NCBI GenBank assembly: GCA_027486495.1
Contig: JAIXOZ010000042.1
Location: forward strand, 10,226 to 74,225
Origin: Comamonadaceae bacterium
GTDB lineage: Bacteria; Pseudomonadota; Gammaproteobacteria; Burkholderiales; Burkholderiaceae_C
DNA length: 64,000 nt
Direction of reading: 5' to 3'
A model generated the notes under the pieces. That model did not search any database. It saw only the letters and a list, made by a program, of their open reading frames with translations, and was not told where the DNA came from. Below, piece after piece: positions 17,169 through 26,246 of this stretch; position 1 is the stretch's first letter; each line of letters begins with the position of its first letter. A program made the translations under genes and the position numbers.

Positions 17169-17930
17169 ATGACCATGACCTCTTCCCTCATTCCCTCCCG
17201 CAATGCATTGACCAGGGCCACCGATCTGCACGCCAAGGCCAGCGCCGACTTTGCCGCCAAGCTGGCCCAAACGCAGGCGCTGTTGCAACGCGCGGCTGCT
17301 GAATTTGCGCCCGTGACCCAAGCCTCCAGCCTGGGCGCCGAAGACGTGGTGATCACACACCTCATCAACAGTCTGCAGCTCGACATTCCAATCTTCGTGC
17401 TCGAAACAGGCGCACTGCACACCGAGACCCTGGCGCTGCTCGAGCGCACCCAGGCCCATTCGCGTGCGACCATCAATGTGTTCCGCCCAGTGTCCGAATC
17501 CGTCATCCAGTTCGTGCGTGACAAAGGCCAAGACGCGATGTATCAAAGCATCGACTTGCGCAAGGCCTGCTGTGGCATCCGCAAAATGGCGCCGCTGGCC
17601 CGTGCCTTGACGGGCCAACGCGCCTGGATCACGGGCTTGCGTCAGGAGCAATCCACCGCCCGCGCCGAAGTGCCGCTGCTCGACACCAGCGAAAAAGACT
17701 CTAAAAACTTGGCCAAGTTCAACCCCCTGGCCAAGTGGACCTGGGGCGATGTGTGGCACTACATCGCCACGAACCAGGTGGACTACAACCCGCTGCACGA
17801 CCAGTTTTTCCCCAGCATCGGCTGCGCCCCTTGCACCCGCGCCATCAGCCTGGGCGAAGACTTCCGCGCGGGCCGCTGGTGGTGGGAAGACGAAGCGGCC
17901 AAAGAGTGCGGCTTGCACGTCAAAGCTTGA
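17169..17930 (+). CDS. cysH: Adenylyl-sulfate (APS)/phosphoadenylyl-sulfate reductase, thioredoxin-dependent, Fe-S type
   Basis: PAPS_reduct fold, Cys pairs KACCGIRK and SIGCAPCTR, C-terminal ECGLH. Confidence 0.9.
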   Translation: MTMTSSLIPSRNALTRATDLHAKASADFAAKLAQTQALLQRAAAEFAPVTQASSLGAEDVVITHLINSLQLDIPIFVLETGALHTETLALLERTQAHSRATINVFRPVSESVIQFVRDKGQDAMYQSIDLRKACCGIRKMAPLARALTGQRAWITGLRQEQSTARAEVPLLDTSEKDSKNLAKFNPLAKWTWGDVWHYIATNQVDYNPLHDQFFPSIGCAPCTRAISLGEDFRAGRWWWEDEAAKECGLHVKA

Positions 17931-18091
17931 GGGTGTGATGTGCGACGGACCCGGAGGCAAAGTGGGCTCCTCAGAAGTCGCTTTGCGCCACACATCGTCG
18001 CCCCCTGCGCCCCCGAGCCCGCCCCACATCACGTTGAACGTTGCCGGACAGTCCTGAACACAACTTACCCGAATTGAGTGAAGAAAAAAAC

Positions 18092-19021
18092 ATGACCGCC
18101 ATCACCCCAACCGAGCTGCACACCCTGAGCAACAGCCACCTCGACGCCTTGGAAGAAGAAACCATCTTCATCCTGCGCGAAGTTGCCGCCGCCTTCGAGC
18201 GCCCCACCTTGTTGTTTTCGGGCGGCAAAGACTCGCTCGTCATGCTCAAGTGCGCCGAGAAAGCTTTTGGCGCAGGCCGCATCCCCTACCCGCTGCTGAT
18301 GATCGACACCGGCCACAACTTCACCGAAGTGACCGACTTCCGCGATGCACGCGCCAAAGAGTTGGGCGCAGAACTCATCGTGCGCAGCGTCGAAGATTCC
18401 ATGAAGCGCGGCACCGTGCGCCTGGCCCACCCGGGCGAGAGCCGCAACGTGCACCAGTCGGTCACGCTGCTCGAAGCGATTGAAGAGTTCCGCTTTGACG
18501 CGCTGATTGGCGGTGCACGCCGTGACGAAGAAAAAGCCCGCGCCAAAGAGCGCATCTTTTCGCACCGCGACAACTTTGGCCAGTGGCAACCCAAAGCCCA
18601 GCGGCCCGAGTTGTGGACCCTCTTCAACCACAAGCTGCAGCAAGGTGAGCACTTTCGCGTGTTCCCCATCAGCAACTGGACCGAGCTGGACGTGTGGCAG
18701 TACATCGCCCGCGAAAGCATCGCGCTGCCCTCGATCTACTACACGCACAAGCGCGAAGTGGTGGACCGCCGCGGCCTCTTGGTGCCGGTGACCGCGCTGA
18801 CTCCGCCCAAAGACGGCGAAACCGTGGTGGTGCGCGACGTGCGTTTTCGCACCGTGGGCGACATCACCTGCACCTGCCCGGTGGAAAGCACTGCGGCCAC
18901 GCCCAAGCAGATCGTGATCGAAACGCTGGCCGCTGATGTGAGCGAGCGCGGCGCCACCCGCATGGATGACAAGACCTCCGAGGCTTCGATGGAAAAGCGC
19001 AAGAAGGATGGCTATTTCTGA
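18092..19021 (+). CDS. cysD: Sulfate adenylyltransferase subunit 2
   Basis: LDALEEETIFILREVAA...LLFSGGKDS...MEKRKKDGYF is canonical CysD. Confidence 0.95.
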   Translation: MTAITPTELHTLSNSHLDALEEETIFILREVAAAFERPTLLFSGGKDSLVMLKCAEKAFGAGRIPYPLLMIDTGHNFTEVTDFRDARAKELGAELIVRSVEDSMKRGTVRLAHPGESRNVHQSVTLLEAIEEFRFDALIGGARRDEEKARAKERIFSHRDNFGQWQPKAQRPELWTLFNHKLQQGEHFRVFPISNWTELDVWQYIARESIALPSIYYTHKREVVDRRGLLVPVTALTPPKDGETVVVRDVRFRTVGDITCTCPVESTAATPKQIVIETLAADVSERGATRMDDKTSEASMEKRKKDGYF

Positions 19022-19034
19022 CAAACGCCCGTCC

Positions 19035-19088
19035 GTCATGGCGAGCGAAGCGCGGCAATCCATGGATCGCTTCGTACCTCGCGATGAC
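19035..19088. repeat. 54-bp palindromic REP/MITE-like element between cysD and cysN
   Basis: GTCATGGCGAG-CGAAGCG-CGGCA-ATCCATGGAT-CGCTTCG-TACCTCGCGATGAC. The nested inverted repeats were read directly. Confidence 0.7.
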
Positions 19089-19114
19089 AAACTTCCCCAA
19101 CCAGGACTGACACC

Positions 19115-20413
19115 ATGCAAAACAACCTACACTTTTCTGCGAAGTCTTCAGGAAACAACACGCAAACTGCGTTGCGATTCATCACCTGCGGCTCCGTGGA
19201 CGACGGCAAGAGCACCCTGATCGGCCGCCTGCTGGTGGACACCAAGGCCGTGCTGCAAGACCACCTGGCGGGTGTGCAGCGCTCGGGTGAAACCGATCTG
19301 GCCCTGCTGACCGACGGCCTGAGCGCTGAGCGCGAGCAAGGCATCACCATCGATGTGGCCTACCGCTACTTCAACACGGAAGCCCGTAAATTCATCATCG
19401 GCGACGCGCCCGGCCATGAGCAGTACACCCGCAACATGGTCACCGCCGCATCGAGCGCCGACGCCGCCGTGGTGCTGGTGGACGCCATCAAGCTCGACTG
19501 GGCCAACCCCGACTTGCAACTGCTGCCACAAACCCGCCGCCACTCGCTGCTGGTGAACTTGCTGCGCGTGCCGTCCGTCGTGTTTGCCATCAACAAGCTC
19601 GACGCCGTGGACGATGCCACTGTGGCCTACCAAAACATCGCGCGGGCGCTGAACAAATTCGCTAAAGAGGCGGGCATCCAAGTGACCGCCATGGTGCCCG
19701 TGTCGGCGCTCAAGGGCTGGAACGTGGTTGAGTCACAGCCTGACTGGTGTGGCTACACAGGCCCAAGCCTTTTGAGCATCCTCGAAGACCTGCCGGTCAC
19801 GCCCGCCGAAACCGATGTCGCCTTCAGCTTCCCGGTGCAATGGGTCGAAAAGTTCCACGACTCCGGCGTGACCACCCAAGGCCGCCGCGTGTTCTGGGGG
19901 CGTGTGGCCACAGGCAGCATCGAGCCAGGCCAAACCATCAAAGTCTTCCCCAGCGGCCAGACCGCTGTGGTCTCGCAAGTGTTGTCGGCCACCCGCCAAG
20001 CCCAAAACAAAGCCGCAGGACACAGCGCAGGCATCGTGCTCGACCGCGAAGTGGACGTCTCGCGGGGCGACTGGTTGCTGGCCACCGAAGGTGCACCCGA
20101 AGGCCAGCGCCAGCTGAGCACCACCATCGCCTGGATGGACGACGAGCCCCTGGTCCCAGGTCGCCTGTACTGGGCACTGCACGGCCACCGCTGGGTCAAA
20201 GTGAAAGTACAGCGCGTGGTGCACCGCCTGAACGTGAACACCCTGGCCGAGGAAGAAGCCACCGAGCTGCCCCCCAACGCCATCGGCCATGTCACCCTGG
20301 CCCTGCAAGAGCCACTGGCCACCCTGCCCTTTGCGCAGTCGCGCATTTTGGGTGCGCTGGTGCTCGTTGACACGGCCAGCCACAAGACCTCGGGGGCTGT
20401 GCTGGTGAACTGA
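19115..20413 (+). CDS. cysN: Sulfate adenylyltransferase subunit 1 (GTPase), without a fused APS kinase domain
   Basis: G1 GSVDDGKST, G3 DAPGHEQY, G4 NKLD. At 432 aa there is no CysC extension. Confidence 0.95.
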   Translation: MQNNLHFSAKSSGNNTQTALRFITCGSVDDGKSTLIGRLLVDTKAVLQDHLAGVQRSGETDLALLTDGLSAEREQGITIDVAYRYFNTEARKFIIGDAPGHEQYTRNMVTAASSADAAVVLVDAIKLDWANPDLQLLPQTRRHSLLVNLLRVPSVVFAINKLDAVDDATVAYQNIARALNKFAKEAGIQVTAMVPVSALKGWNVVESQPDWCGYTGPSLLSILEDLPVTPAETDVAFSFPVQWVEKFHDSGVTTQGRRVFWGRVATGSIEPGQTIKVFPSGQTAVVSQVLSATRQAQNKAAGHSAGIVLDREVDVSRGDWLLATEGAPEGQRQLSTTIAWMDDEPLVPGRLYWALHGHRWVKVKVQRVVHRLNVNTLAEEEATELPPNAIGHVTLALQEPLATLPFAQSRILGALVLVDTASHKTSGAVLVN

Positions 20414-20528
20414 GTCGACATGTCGGGGCTGATGCCACCGAGTGACGCATTGATTTGCTGGTCGGCGGCTTTGGCTCCCACAAATTGGCCACCATCGCCC
20501 AGACGTTTGTTTCACCATCATCCCTGTC

Positions 20529-20557
20529 GCGAGCAGGGGCTCGCCTCCAGCGGGAGG
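20529..20557. repeat. Two adjacent short GC hairpins (REP-like) downstream of cysN
   Basis: GCGAGC-AGGG-GCTCGC followed by CCTCC-AGCG-GGAGG. There is no T-run, so terminator function is unproven. Confidence 0.3.
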
Positions 20558-20627
20558 CAAACGATCTCCTTTAAAATCCAAATTCCCGCGCCAATCCCAC
20601 AGCGCTGCTCCATTTTCCGAGTCCATC

Positions 20628-20957
20628 ATGACCCACGTTGTTTCCGAATCCTGTATCCAGTGCAAATACACCGACTGTGTGGACGTTTGCCCCGTGGATT
20701 GCTTTCGCGAAGGCCCCAACTTCCTGACCATCGACCCCGATGAGTGCATCGACTGCGCTGTGTGCATCCCCGAGTGCCCGGTCAATGCCATCTTTGCGGA
20801 AGAAGACCTGCCCGCCGACCAGCAGCACATGACCAAGCTCAACGCCGAGCTGGCCGTCTTGCCCGGCTGGAAGAGCATCACCAAGCGTAAAACCCCACTG
20901 GCCAGCGCTGACGATTGGAAAGACAAGACCGGCAAGCTGGCTGAGTTGATTCGCTGA
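20628..20957 (+). CDS. fdxA: Ferredoxin FdxA (7Fe type, 3Fe-4S plus 4Fe-4S)
   Basis: [18 protein letters not shown] and [12 protein letters not shown] motifs over 109 aa. Confidence 0.9.
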   Translation: MTHVVSESCIQCKYTDCVDVCPVDCFREGPNFLTIDPDECIDCAVCIPECPVNAIFAEEDLPADQQHMTKLNAELAVLPGWKSITKRKTPLASADDWKDKTGKLAELIR

Positions 20958-20967
20958 ACTTTTTGAA

Positions 20968-20990
20968 GGGCCGAATGTTTCGGCCCTTTT
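20968..20990 (+). terminator. Rho-independent terminator after fdxA
   Basis: Stem GGGCCGAA (20968-20975), loop TGT, stem TTCGGCCC (20979-20986), then TTTT. Confidence 0.7.
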
Positions 20991-21007
20991 CTCGCGATCG
21001 ACAACTC

Positions 21008-22045
21008 ATGACCACCCCCATCGACACCGAAGCGCTGGTCATTGGTGCAGGCCCCGTGGGCCTGTTTCAGGTCTTCCAGCTGGGCCTGCAAGGCGTGCAC
21101 TGCCATGTGGTTGACGCCCTGCCCCATGTCGGCGGCCAATGCGCCGAGCTGTATGGGCAAAAACCCATCTACGACATCCCGGGCATCCCGTTTTGCACAG
21201 GCCTAGAACTGATCGAGCGCCTCCAGCAACAAGTTGCCCCCTTCCAACCCACCCTGCACCTGGGCCAGCAAGTGGGCAGCGTCGAGCGCCTGCCCGACCA
21301 GCGTCTGCAGGTGACCACCAGCGCTGGCCAGACCTTTCGCACCCCCACCCTGTTCATCGCCGCGGGCGTGGGTGCATTTTTGCCGCGCCGCATGGCGCTC
21401 GATGGCCTGGCGGATTTTGATGGCACGCAAGTCTTTGCCGAGCACCCCAAGCCCGAGCGCTGGGCAGGCCAACACTTGGTGGTGGCGGGCGACAGCGACA
21501 CGGCCTTGCAAACCTGCCTCGATGCATGCCAAGGCCCACAAGCCGCTGCCAGCGTGACGCTGCTGCACCGCCGCGACCAATTCAGCGCCGCACCTGAACA
21601 GATCGCGCAAATGCGCCAAGCCTGTCACGAAGGCCGCATGCGCTTTGTGGCCGGTCAGCCCACCGGCCTGCGCACCTTAGCTGAACGCCTTCAAGCACTG
21701 GAACTGCTCAACCCCCAAGGCGAGACCGAATGGCTGCACTTGGACGTGCTGCAAACCTGTCTGGGCCTGTCGCCCAAATTAGGTCCTGTGGCGCAATGGG
21801 GCCTGGCCATGGAACGCAAACAACTGGTGGTCAACACCGAAAACTTCGGGACTTCGGAGCCCGGCATCTTTGCGGTGGGCGACATCAACACCTACCCCGG
21901 CAAAAAGAAACTCATCCTCTGCGGCTTCCATGAAGCCACGCTGGCCGCTTTTGGTGCCATGGCGCTGCTGCGCCCCGAAGAAAAGACCCTGCTGCAGTAC
22001 ACGACAACCTCCACGCTGCTGCACCAGCGTTTAGGCATCGCCTAA
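21008..22045 (+). CDS. Thioredoxin-reductase-like ferredoxin-NADP+ reductase (type 2 FNR)
   Basis: VIGAGPVGLFQVFQLG...GGQCAELYGQKPIYDIPG...VVAGDSDTALQ...GIFAVGDINTYPGKKKLILCGFHEA. Confidence 0.85.
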   Translation: MTTPIDTEALVIGAGPVGLFQVFQLGLQGVHCHVVDALPHVGGQCAELYGQKPIYDIPGIPFCTGLELIERLQQQVAPFQPTLHLGQQVGSVERLPDQRLQVTTSAGQTFRTPTLFIAAGVGAFLPRRMALDGLADFDGTQVFAEHPKPERWAGQHLVVAGDSDTALQTCLDACQGPQAAASVTLLHRRDQFSAAPEQIAQMRQACHEGRMRFVAGQPTGLRTLAERLQALELLNPQGETEWLHLDVLQTCLGLSPKLGPVAQWGLAMERKQLVVNTENFGTSEPGIFAVGDINTYPGKKKLILCGFHEATLAAFGAMALLRPEEKTLLQYTTTSTLLHQRLGIA

Positions 22046-22074
22046 AATCCACCTCGCGCCGCGATCCTGCGGCG

Positions 22075-22165
22075 CATTCGCTAGGGGTGTTGGTGGCTGC
22101 AAAGCCATCGACTGAGAAAGTCCCTTTGAACCTGATTGAGGTAATCCTCGCGCAGGGAAGCTTGT
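22075..22165 (+). promoter_or_regulatory. TPP (THI-box) riboswitch leading the thiM operon
   Basis: CTAGGGGTG...GACTGAGAAAGTCCCTTTGAACCTGATTGAGGTAATCCTCGCGCAGGGAAGC matches the conserved THI element core (GGGGUG, CUGAGA, ACCCUUUGAACCUGAU, GCGUAGGGAA-like). Confidence 0.85.
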
Positions 22166-22237
22166 CAAAAGAACGGCGTCCGGTTTCGGCCGCATGACGT
22201 TCCCAGCCAGCCGACCTGCCATAACGAAAGTAACGTC

Positions 22238-23077
22238 ATGGCACTGTCCAATGAATCTCGCGTTTCCCCGGACGATCTGTGGTCCGACATCATGGCCGTT
22301 CGCAACGGCAGCCCCCTGGTGCACAGCATCACCAACTTGGTGGTCATGAACCTGAACGCCAATGTGCTGCTGGCTGCCGGTGCATCGCCCGTTATGGCCC
22401 ATGCCCACGAAGAGGTCCAGGACATGGTGCAAATCGCCCAATCCCTGGTGCTGAACATTGGCACCTTGGACCCTTACTGGGTGCAAAGCATGACCTTGGC
22501 AATGGTTGCCGCCAAAGCCCGCGGCATTCCTGTGGTGCTCGACCCGGTGGGCGCAGGGGCCACCCCTTATCGCAACCAAACTTTGGAGGCATTGTTGGCC
22601 GCTGGCCACCCCACCGTGATCCGTGGCAACGGCTCAGAAATCATGAGCACCGCCAATGCGGCCATCAAAACCCGGGGAGTGGACAGCAGCGCCAGCGCCA
22701 ACGATGCCTTGGACGCCGCCCAAGCCCTGGCCCAGCGCACACAAGGCGCGGTGAGCGTCAGCGGCGAGACCGACCACATTTTGGACGCACACGGGCGCAT
22801 GGCACGACTGAACAATGGCCATGTCTGGATGACCCGCATCACTGGCGTGGGCTGCTCGCTGACCGCGCTGATCGGCGCTTTCTGCGCGGTTCAGCCCGAT
22901 GCCTGGCGTGCCACCACCGCCGCGATGGCACTGATGAGCATCGCTGGCGAACGGGCCGCTGAACAAGCCCAGGCCCAAGGCCTTGGCGTGGGAACCATGG
23001 CCGCGCTCTTGCTCGACAACCTGCAAGGGCTGCCCGAGTCTGAGTTCAAGACACGCTTGAAACTGGACTTGGGTTGA
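22238..23077 (+). CDS. thiM: Hydroxyethylthiazole kinase
   Basis: [29 protein letters not shown]...[10 protein letters not shown]...VIRGNGSEI. Confidence 0.9.
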   Translation: MALSNESRVSPDDLWSDIMAVRNGSPLVHSITNLVVMNLNANVLLAAGASPVMAHAHEEVQDMVQIAQSLVLNIGTLDPYWVQSMTLAMVAAKARGIPVVLDPVGAGATPYRNQTLEALLAAGHPTVIRGNGSEIMSTANAAIKTRGVDSSASANDALDAAQALAQRTQGAVSVSGETDHILDAHGRMARLNNGHVWMTRITGVGCSLTALIGAFCAVQPDAWRATTAAMALMSIAGERAAEQAQAQGLGVGTMAALLLDNLQGLPESEFKTRLKLDLG

Positions 23078-23084
23078 TAGCCCG

Positions 23085-23753
23085 ATGAACCCGTTTGTAC
23101 GCATCAGGCGCGAACAATTGCGCCTTTATCTGGTCACAGACGCCACGCTGTGCCGAGGGCGCTCGCTGACCGATGTCGTCGCCGATGCGGTACGTGGCGG
23201 CGTCACCTGCGTGCAACTGAGGGAGAAAGAGCTTGGCACGCGAGCGTTTGTGGCCCGTGCACAAGCACTCAAGTCCTTGTTGCTGCCTTTGCAAATCCCG
23301 CTGGTGATCAACGACCGCATTGACGTGGCCCTGGCCTGCCAGGCCGATGGTGTGCACTTGGGACAAAGCGACATGCCGGTCGATCTGGTGCGCAAAATAT
23401 TGCCACCGCATGTGTTCATCGGCTTGTCGGTCGAAAACGACCAAGACATGGCTCAGGCCATCGATCTGCCTGTGGACTACTTGGGCATCAGTCCCGTATT
23501 TGCCACGCCGACCAAAACGGACACCCAAACCCCGTGGGGGCTGGCGGGGCTGCAACGTGCGCGCGCCATGACCGCCTTGCCTCTGGTGGCCATCGGCGGC
23601 ATCAACCGCACCAATGCAGCACAAGTGCGTCAAGGTGGTGCCGATGGGCTGGCCATTGTCAGCGCCATCTGTGCAGCGGACGACCCGGCTGCGGCTGCGG
23701 CCGAACTGCTCGCCTTGGCACAAGCCAACTTCCCCCAAGAGCCCCGCCCATGA
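23085..23753 (+). CDS. thiE: Thiamine-phosphate synthase
   Basis: LYLVTD...VQLREK...INDRIDVALACQADGVHLGQSDMP...SPVFATPTK...VAIGGI. Confidence 0.9.
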   Translation: MNPFVRIRREQLRLYLVTDATLCRGRSLTDVVADAVRGGVTCVQLREKELGTRAFVARAQALKSLLLPLQIPLVINDRIDVALACQADGVHLGQSDMPVDLVRKILPPHVFIGLSVENDQDMAQAIDLPVDYLGISPVFATPTKTDTQTPWGLAGLQRARAMTALPLVAIGGINRTNAAQVRQGGADGLAIVSAICAADDPAAAAAELLALAQANFPQEPRP

Positions 23754-24589
23754 ATCCCTCGACCTCACGCTATCCCCTCCTGCTGACCATCGCAGGCTCA
23801 GACAGCGGAGGCGGCGCTGGTATTCAGGCCGACCTCAAGACCTTCAGTGCACTTGGCTGCTACGGCATGAGCGCCATCACGGCCCTGACCGCACAAAACA
23901 CCACCGGCGTGCGCGCCATCCACGCCATCCCCCCTCAAATGCTGCGCGATCAAATCGATGCAGTCATCGAAGACATTGGTGTGGATGCCGTCAAGATCGG
24001 GATGCTGCATGCCCCTGAGATCGTTCAAGTGGTGGCTGACGCCATCGACACGCATCAACTGCGGCAGGTGGTTCTGGACCCGGTCATGATCGCCACCAGT
24101 GGTGCGGTATTGATCGAAAACGAAGCCGTACAGGCCTTGGTTCAGCAGCTCTTTCCCCGTGTCCAGCTCATCACGCCCAACCTTGACGAAGCGGGTTTCC
24201 TGGTCGGCCAAACCCTGAAAAATGAAGCCGATATGGAGGCCGCGACAGACCAACTGCTGGGCTTGGGAGCTCGCGCTGTCCTCATCAAAGGTGGGCACCT
24301 CAGTGGCGACACGGTGGCCGACTTGTTTGTCAACAGCCTGGGCCAGAAATGGTGGCTGCGTGCCCCCCGAATCCACAGCCCCAACACGCATGGCACAGGC
24401 TGCACCCTGTCTTCGGCCATTGCCGCCCACCTCGCGCTGGGTGACCCGATCGAGCAGGCCATCGAAAAAAGCCATGCCTACATTCGCCAAGCCTTACAGG
24501 CAGGTGCACATGTGCGCACCGGAGCCGGAAGTGGCCCCCTCAACCACATTTCAGCGCCTGTTCCCATGCACATCCTGCAAACCCGATAA
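23750..24589 (+). CDS. thiD: Hydroxymethylpyrimidine/phosphomethylpyrimidine kinase
   Basis: LLTIAGSDSGGGAGIQADLKTFSALG...KIGML...THGTGCTLSSAIAA. Its ATG overlaps the thiE stop (ATGA at 23750-23753). Confidence 0.9.
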   Translation: MNPSTSRYPLLLTIAGSDSGGGAGIQADLKTFSALGCYGMSAITALTAQNTTGVRAIHAIPPQMLRDQIDAVIEDIGVDAVKIGMLHAPEIVQVVADAIDTHQLRQVVLDPVMIATSGAVLIENEAVQALVQQLFPRVQLITPNLDEAGFLVGQTLKNEADMEAATDQLLGLGARAVLIKGGHLSGDTVADLFVNSLGQKWWLRAPRIHSPNTHGTGCTLSSAIAAHLALGDPIEQAIEKSHAYIRQALQAGAHVRTGAGSGPLNHISAPVPMHILQTR

Positions 24590-24622
24590 AAGTCACCCTA
24601 CGCTCTGCGAAAGAACTTCACC

Positions 24623-26014
24623 ATGGAATTGACCCTCGCGGCCTTGCTGGCCTGCACCCTCGCCATCTTCGCCTGGATCGGCCTTCGAGCCGGTGCCGAC
24701 CAAGGCAGCTTGGATGACTACATCACCGCTCGCAACTCACAATCGGCCTTGACCCTGACCTTGTCCTTTGTCGCATCCGGACTCGGTGCATGGATCCTGT
24801 TTGTGCCACCAGAAATTGGTGCATTCGTGGGCCCAGTTGGCTTGGCAGGTTACGCCGTGGCGGCGGCCCTGCCATTTCTGATCCTGGTTTGGTTTGGTCC
24901 GGCCATCCGTCAGCGCATGCCCCATGGCCGCAGCTTGGCAGAGTTCGCTGAAGAGCGGTTTGGACCCCTGATGCGCTTCTGGCTCACCGGCTTGTCTCTT
25001 CTTTACATGCTGTGTTTCATCACCGCAGAACTCACGGCCCTGTCCGCCATTGCCGGCTTGACGGGCAAGTTGCCGGGACACTGGGTCATGGGCGCTGTGA
25101 CCCTCACCACGCTCGTCTACACCAGTTGGGGCGGACTGCGTGCCAGCATGGCCACCGACCGACTGCAAGGCTGGCTGATCTTGGGCCTGATCGTGGCTGT
25201 GTGCGTCAGCATCGCCTGGACCACCCGGGACCTGCAAACCCCACTCCCAGCCCCACCCTCCATACCGCTTGCGCCCGGCTTGGGTGTTGCCATCACCCTG
25301 ATCATCGCCGTGACGGCGGCCAATCTCTTTCATCAGGGTTACTGGCAACGCATCTGGTCAGCCCGAGACGACAGCGCCCTGAAAACCGGCTCTCTTTGGG
25401 CCGCCATCATTACCGTGATCATCATTGCCGTGATCGGGGGTTTGGGCATGCTCACCGTGATGCTTGGCAAAGACCCCGGTCAACCACCGGCGCCTTTTTT
25501 TGTGCTGATCGGCGGCACCAGTCCCTGGTTGGCAGCGATCGTCATGGTCTTGGCCACCGCACTGGTGGCTTCTTCAGTGGACTCCTTGCAAAATGCGCTC
25601 GCATCGCTTTTGCTCACCTTCCGGCATCAAACCGGCACCACCACCATTCGCCAAGCCAGATGGCTCACGGTCCTGCTGATGATCCCCGTCTTCTTGGTTG
25701 CACTTGAAGGGATATCCGTCTTGCGCATTTTTTTAGTGGCTGATTTGCTGTGTGCAACCGCCGTCATACCGGTCCTTTTGGGCTTCTGGAAAAGAATGAC
25801 ACCCATGAGCGCCATCGCAGGATGCATAGCCGGACTCATCGGCGCCGTGGTGCCCGGCTGGATCGAGACCGGCGACTGGATGACTGGACTGTTGCTTGCC
25901 AGCTTTCCCAATAACACCCCAACCCTCGGCCCTTTTGCCGGATCCCTGCTGGCCTCTTCAATAGCAACCTTGCTGGTGGCATACGGGTCTAATCCTGCAA
26001 AACGCACGCATTGA
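24623..26014 (+). CDS. Sodium:solute symporter (SSF) family transporter, last gene of the riboswitch-controlled thi operon
   Basis: About 12-13 TM helices with an SSF-like N-terminus (DYITARNS...SFVASGLGAWILF). It starts 33 nt after thiD on the same strand. Confidence 0.8.
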   Translation: MELTLAALLACTLAIFAWIGLRAGADQGSLDDYITARNSQSALTLTLSFVASGLGAWILFVPPEIGAFVGPVGLAGYAVAAALPFLILVWFGPAIRQRMPHGRSLAEFAEERFGPLMRFWLTGLSLLYMLCFITAELTALSAIAGLTGKLPGHWVMGAVTLTTLVYTSWGGLRASMATDRLQGWLILGLIVAVCVSIAWTTRDLQTPLPAPPSIPLAPGLGVAITLIIAVTAANLFHQGYWQRIWSARDDSALKTGSLWAAIITVIIIAVIGGLGMLTVMLGKDPGQPPAPFFVLIGGTSPWLAAIVMVLATALVASSVDSLQNALASLLLTFRHQTGTTTIRQARWLTVLLMIPVFLVALEGISVLRIFLVADLLCATAVIPVLLGFWKRMTPMSAIAGCIAGLIGAVVPGWIETGDWMTGLLLASFPNNTPTLGPFAGSLLASSIATLLVAYGSNPAKRTH

Positions 26015-26128
26015 TTTCCTCACAGAATCACCCTGCTGCCACACCACCAAATGACCGCGCAAGAATTTTCAAAAAACTTGCGCCCCCTCTCAAAACAGGC
26101 AAAAAATCGCACTATAATTCAAAGCTGT

Positions 26129-26204
26129 TCCTCAATAGCTCAGTCGGTAGAGCGCCGGACTGTTAATCCGTAGGTCCCTGGTTCGAGCCCAGGTTGAGGA
26201 GCCA
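26129..26204 (+). tRNA. tRNA-Asn (anticodon GTT)
   Basis: Acceptor stem TCCTCAA/TTGAGGA, anticodon loop CTGTTAA, T-arm GGTTCGAGCCC, encoded CCA. Length 76 nt. Confidence 0.95.
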
Positions 26205-26215
26205 GATACAACAAC

Positions 26216-26246
26216 AAAAAAAGCCCGCTTTTGCGGGCTTTTTTTG
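26216..26246. terminator. Bidirectional rho-independent terminator after tRNA-Asn
   Basis: A-run, stem AGCCCGC, loop TTTT, stem GCGGGCT, T-run (26240-26246). Confidence 0.75.

Noticed and set aside
16689-18032. 447-aa minus-strand ORF opposite DUF934 and cysH. Similar long antisense ORFs are at 19733..21160(-), 30234..31271(-), 30332..31759(+, off-frame in chrA), 36776..38761(-), 47825..49762(-), 53141..55639(+), 55796..57631(-), 61678..62766(+) and 27076..28629(+)
   Set aside because: These are typical high-GC shadow frames: Arg/Gly/Ala/His-rich, with no recognisable motifs. Each is fully overlapped by a gene with strong family signatures on the other strand or frame.
20414-20627. Possible small RNA or riboswitch in the 215-nt cysN-fdxA spacer
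   Set aside because: Apart from two short REP-like hairpins, I see no conserved riboswitch core, promoter-terminator pair or other defining structure.
26060-26125. Sigma-70 promoter for tRNA-Asn (TATAAT at about 26113-26118)
   Set aside because: A perfect -10 hexamer is present, but I could not find an acceptable -35 element at 16-19 bp spacing. I therefore did not report it as a feature.
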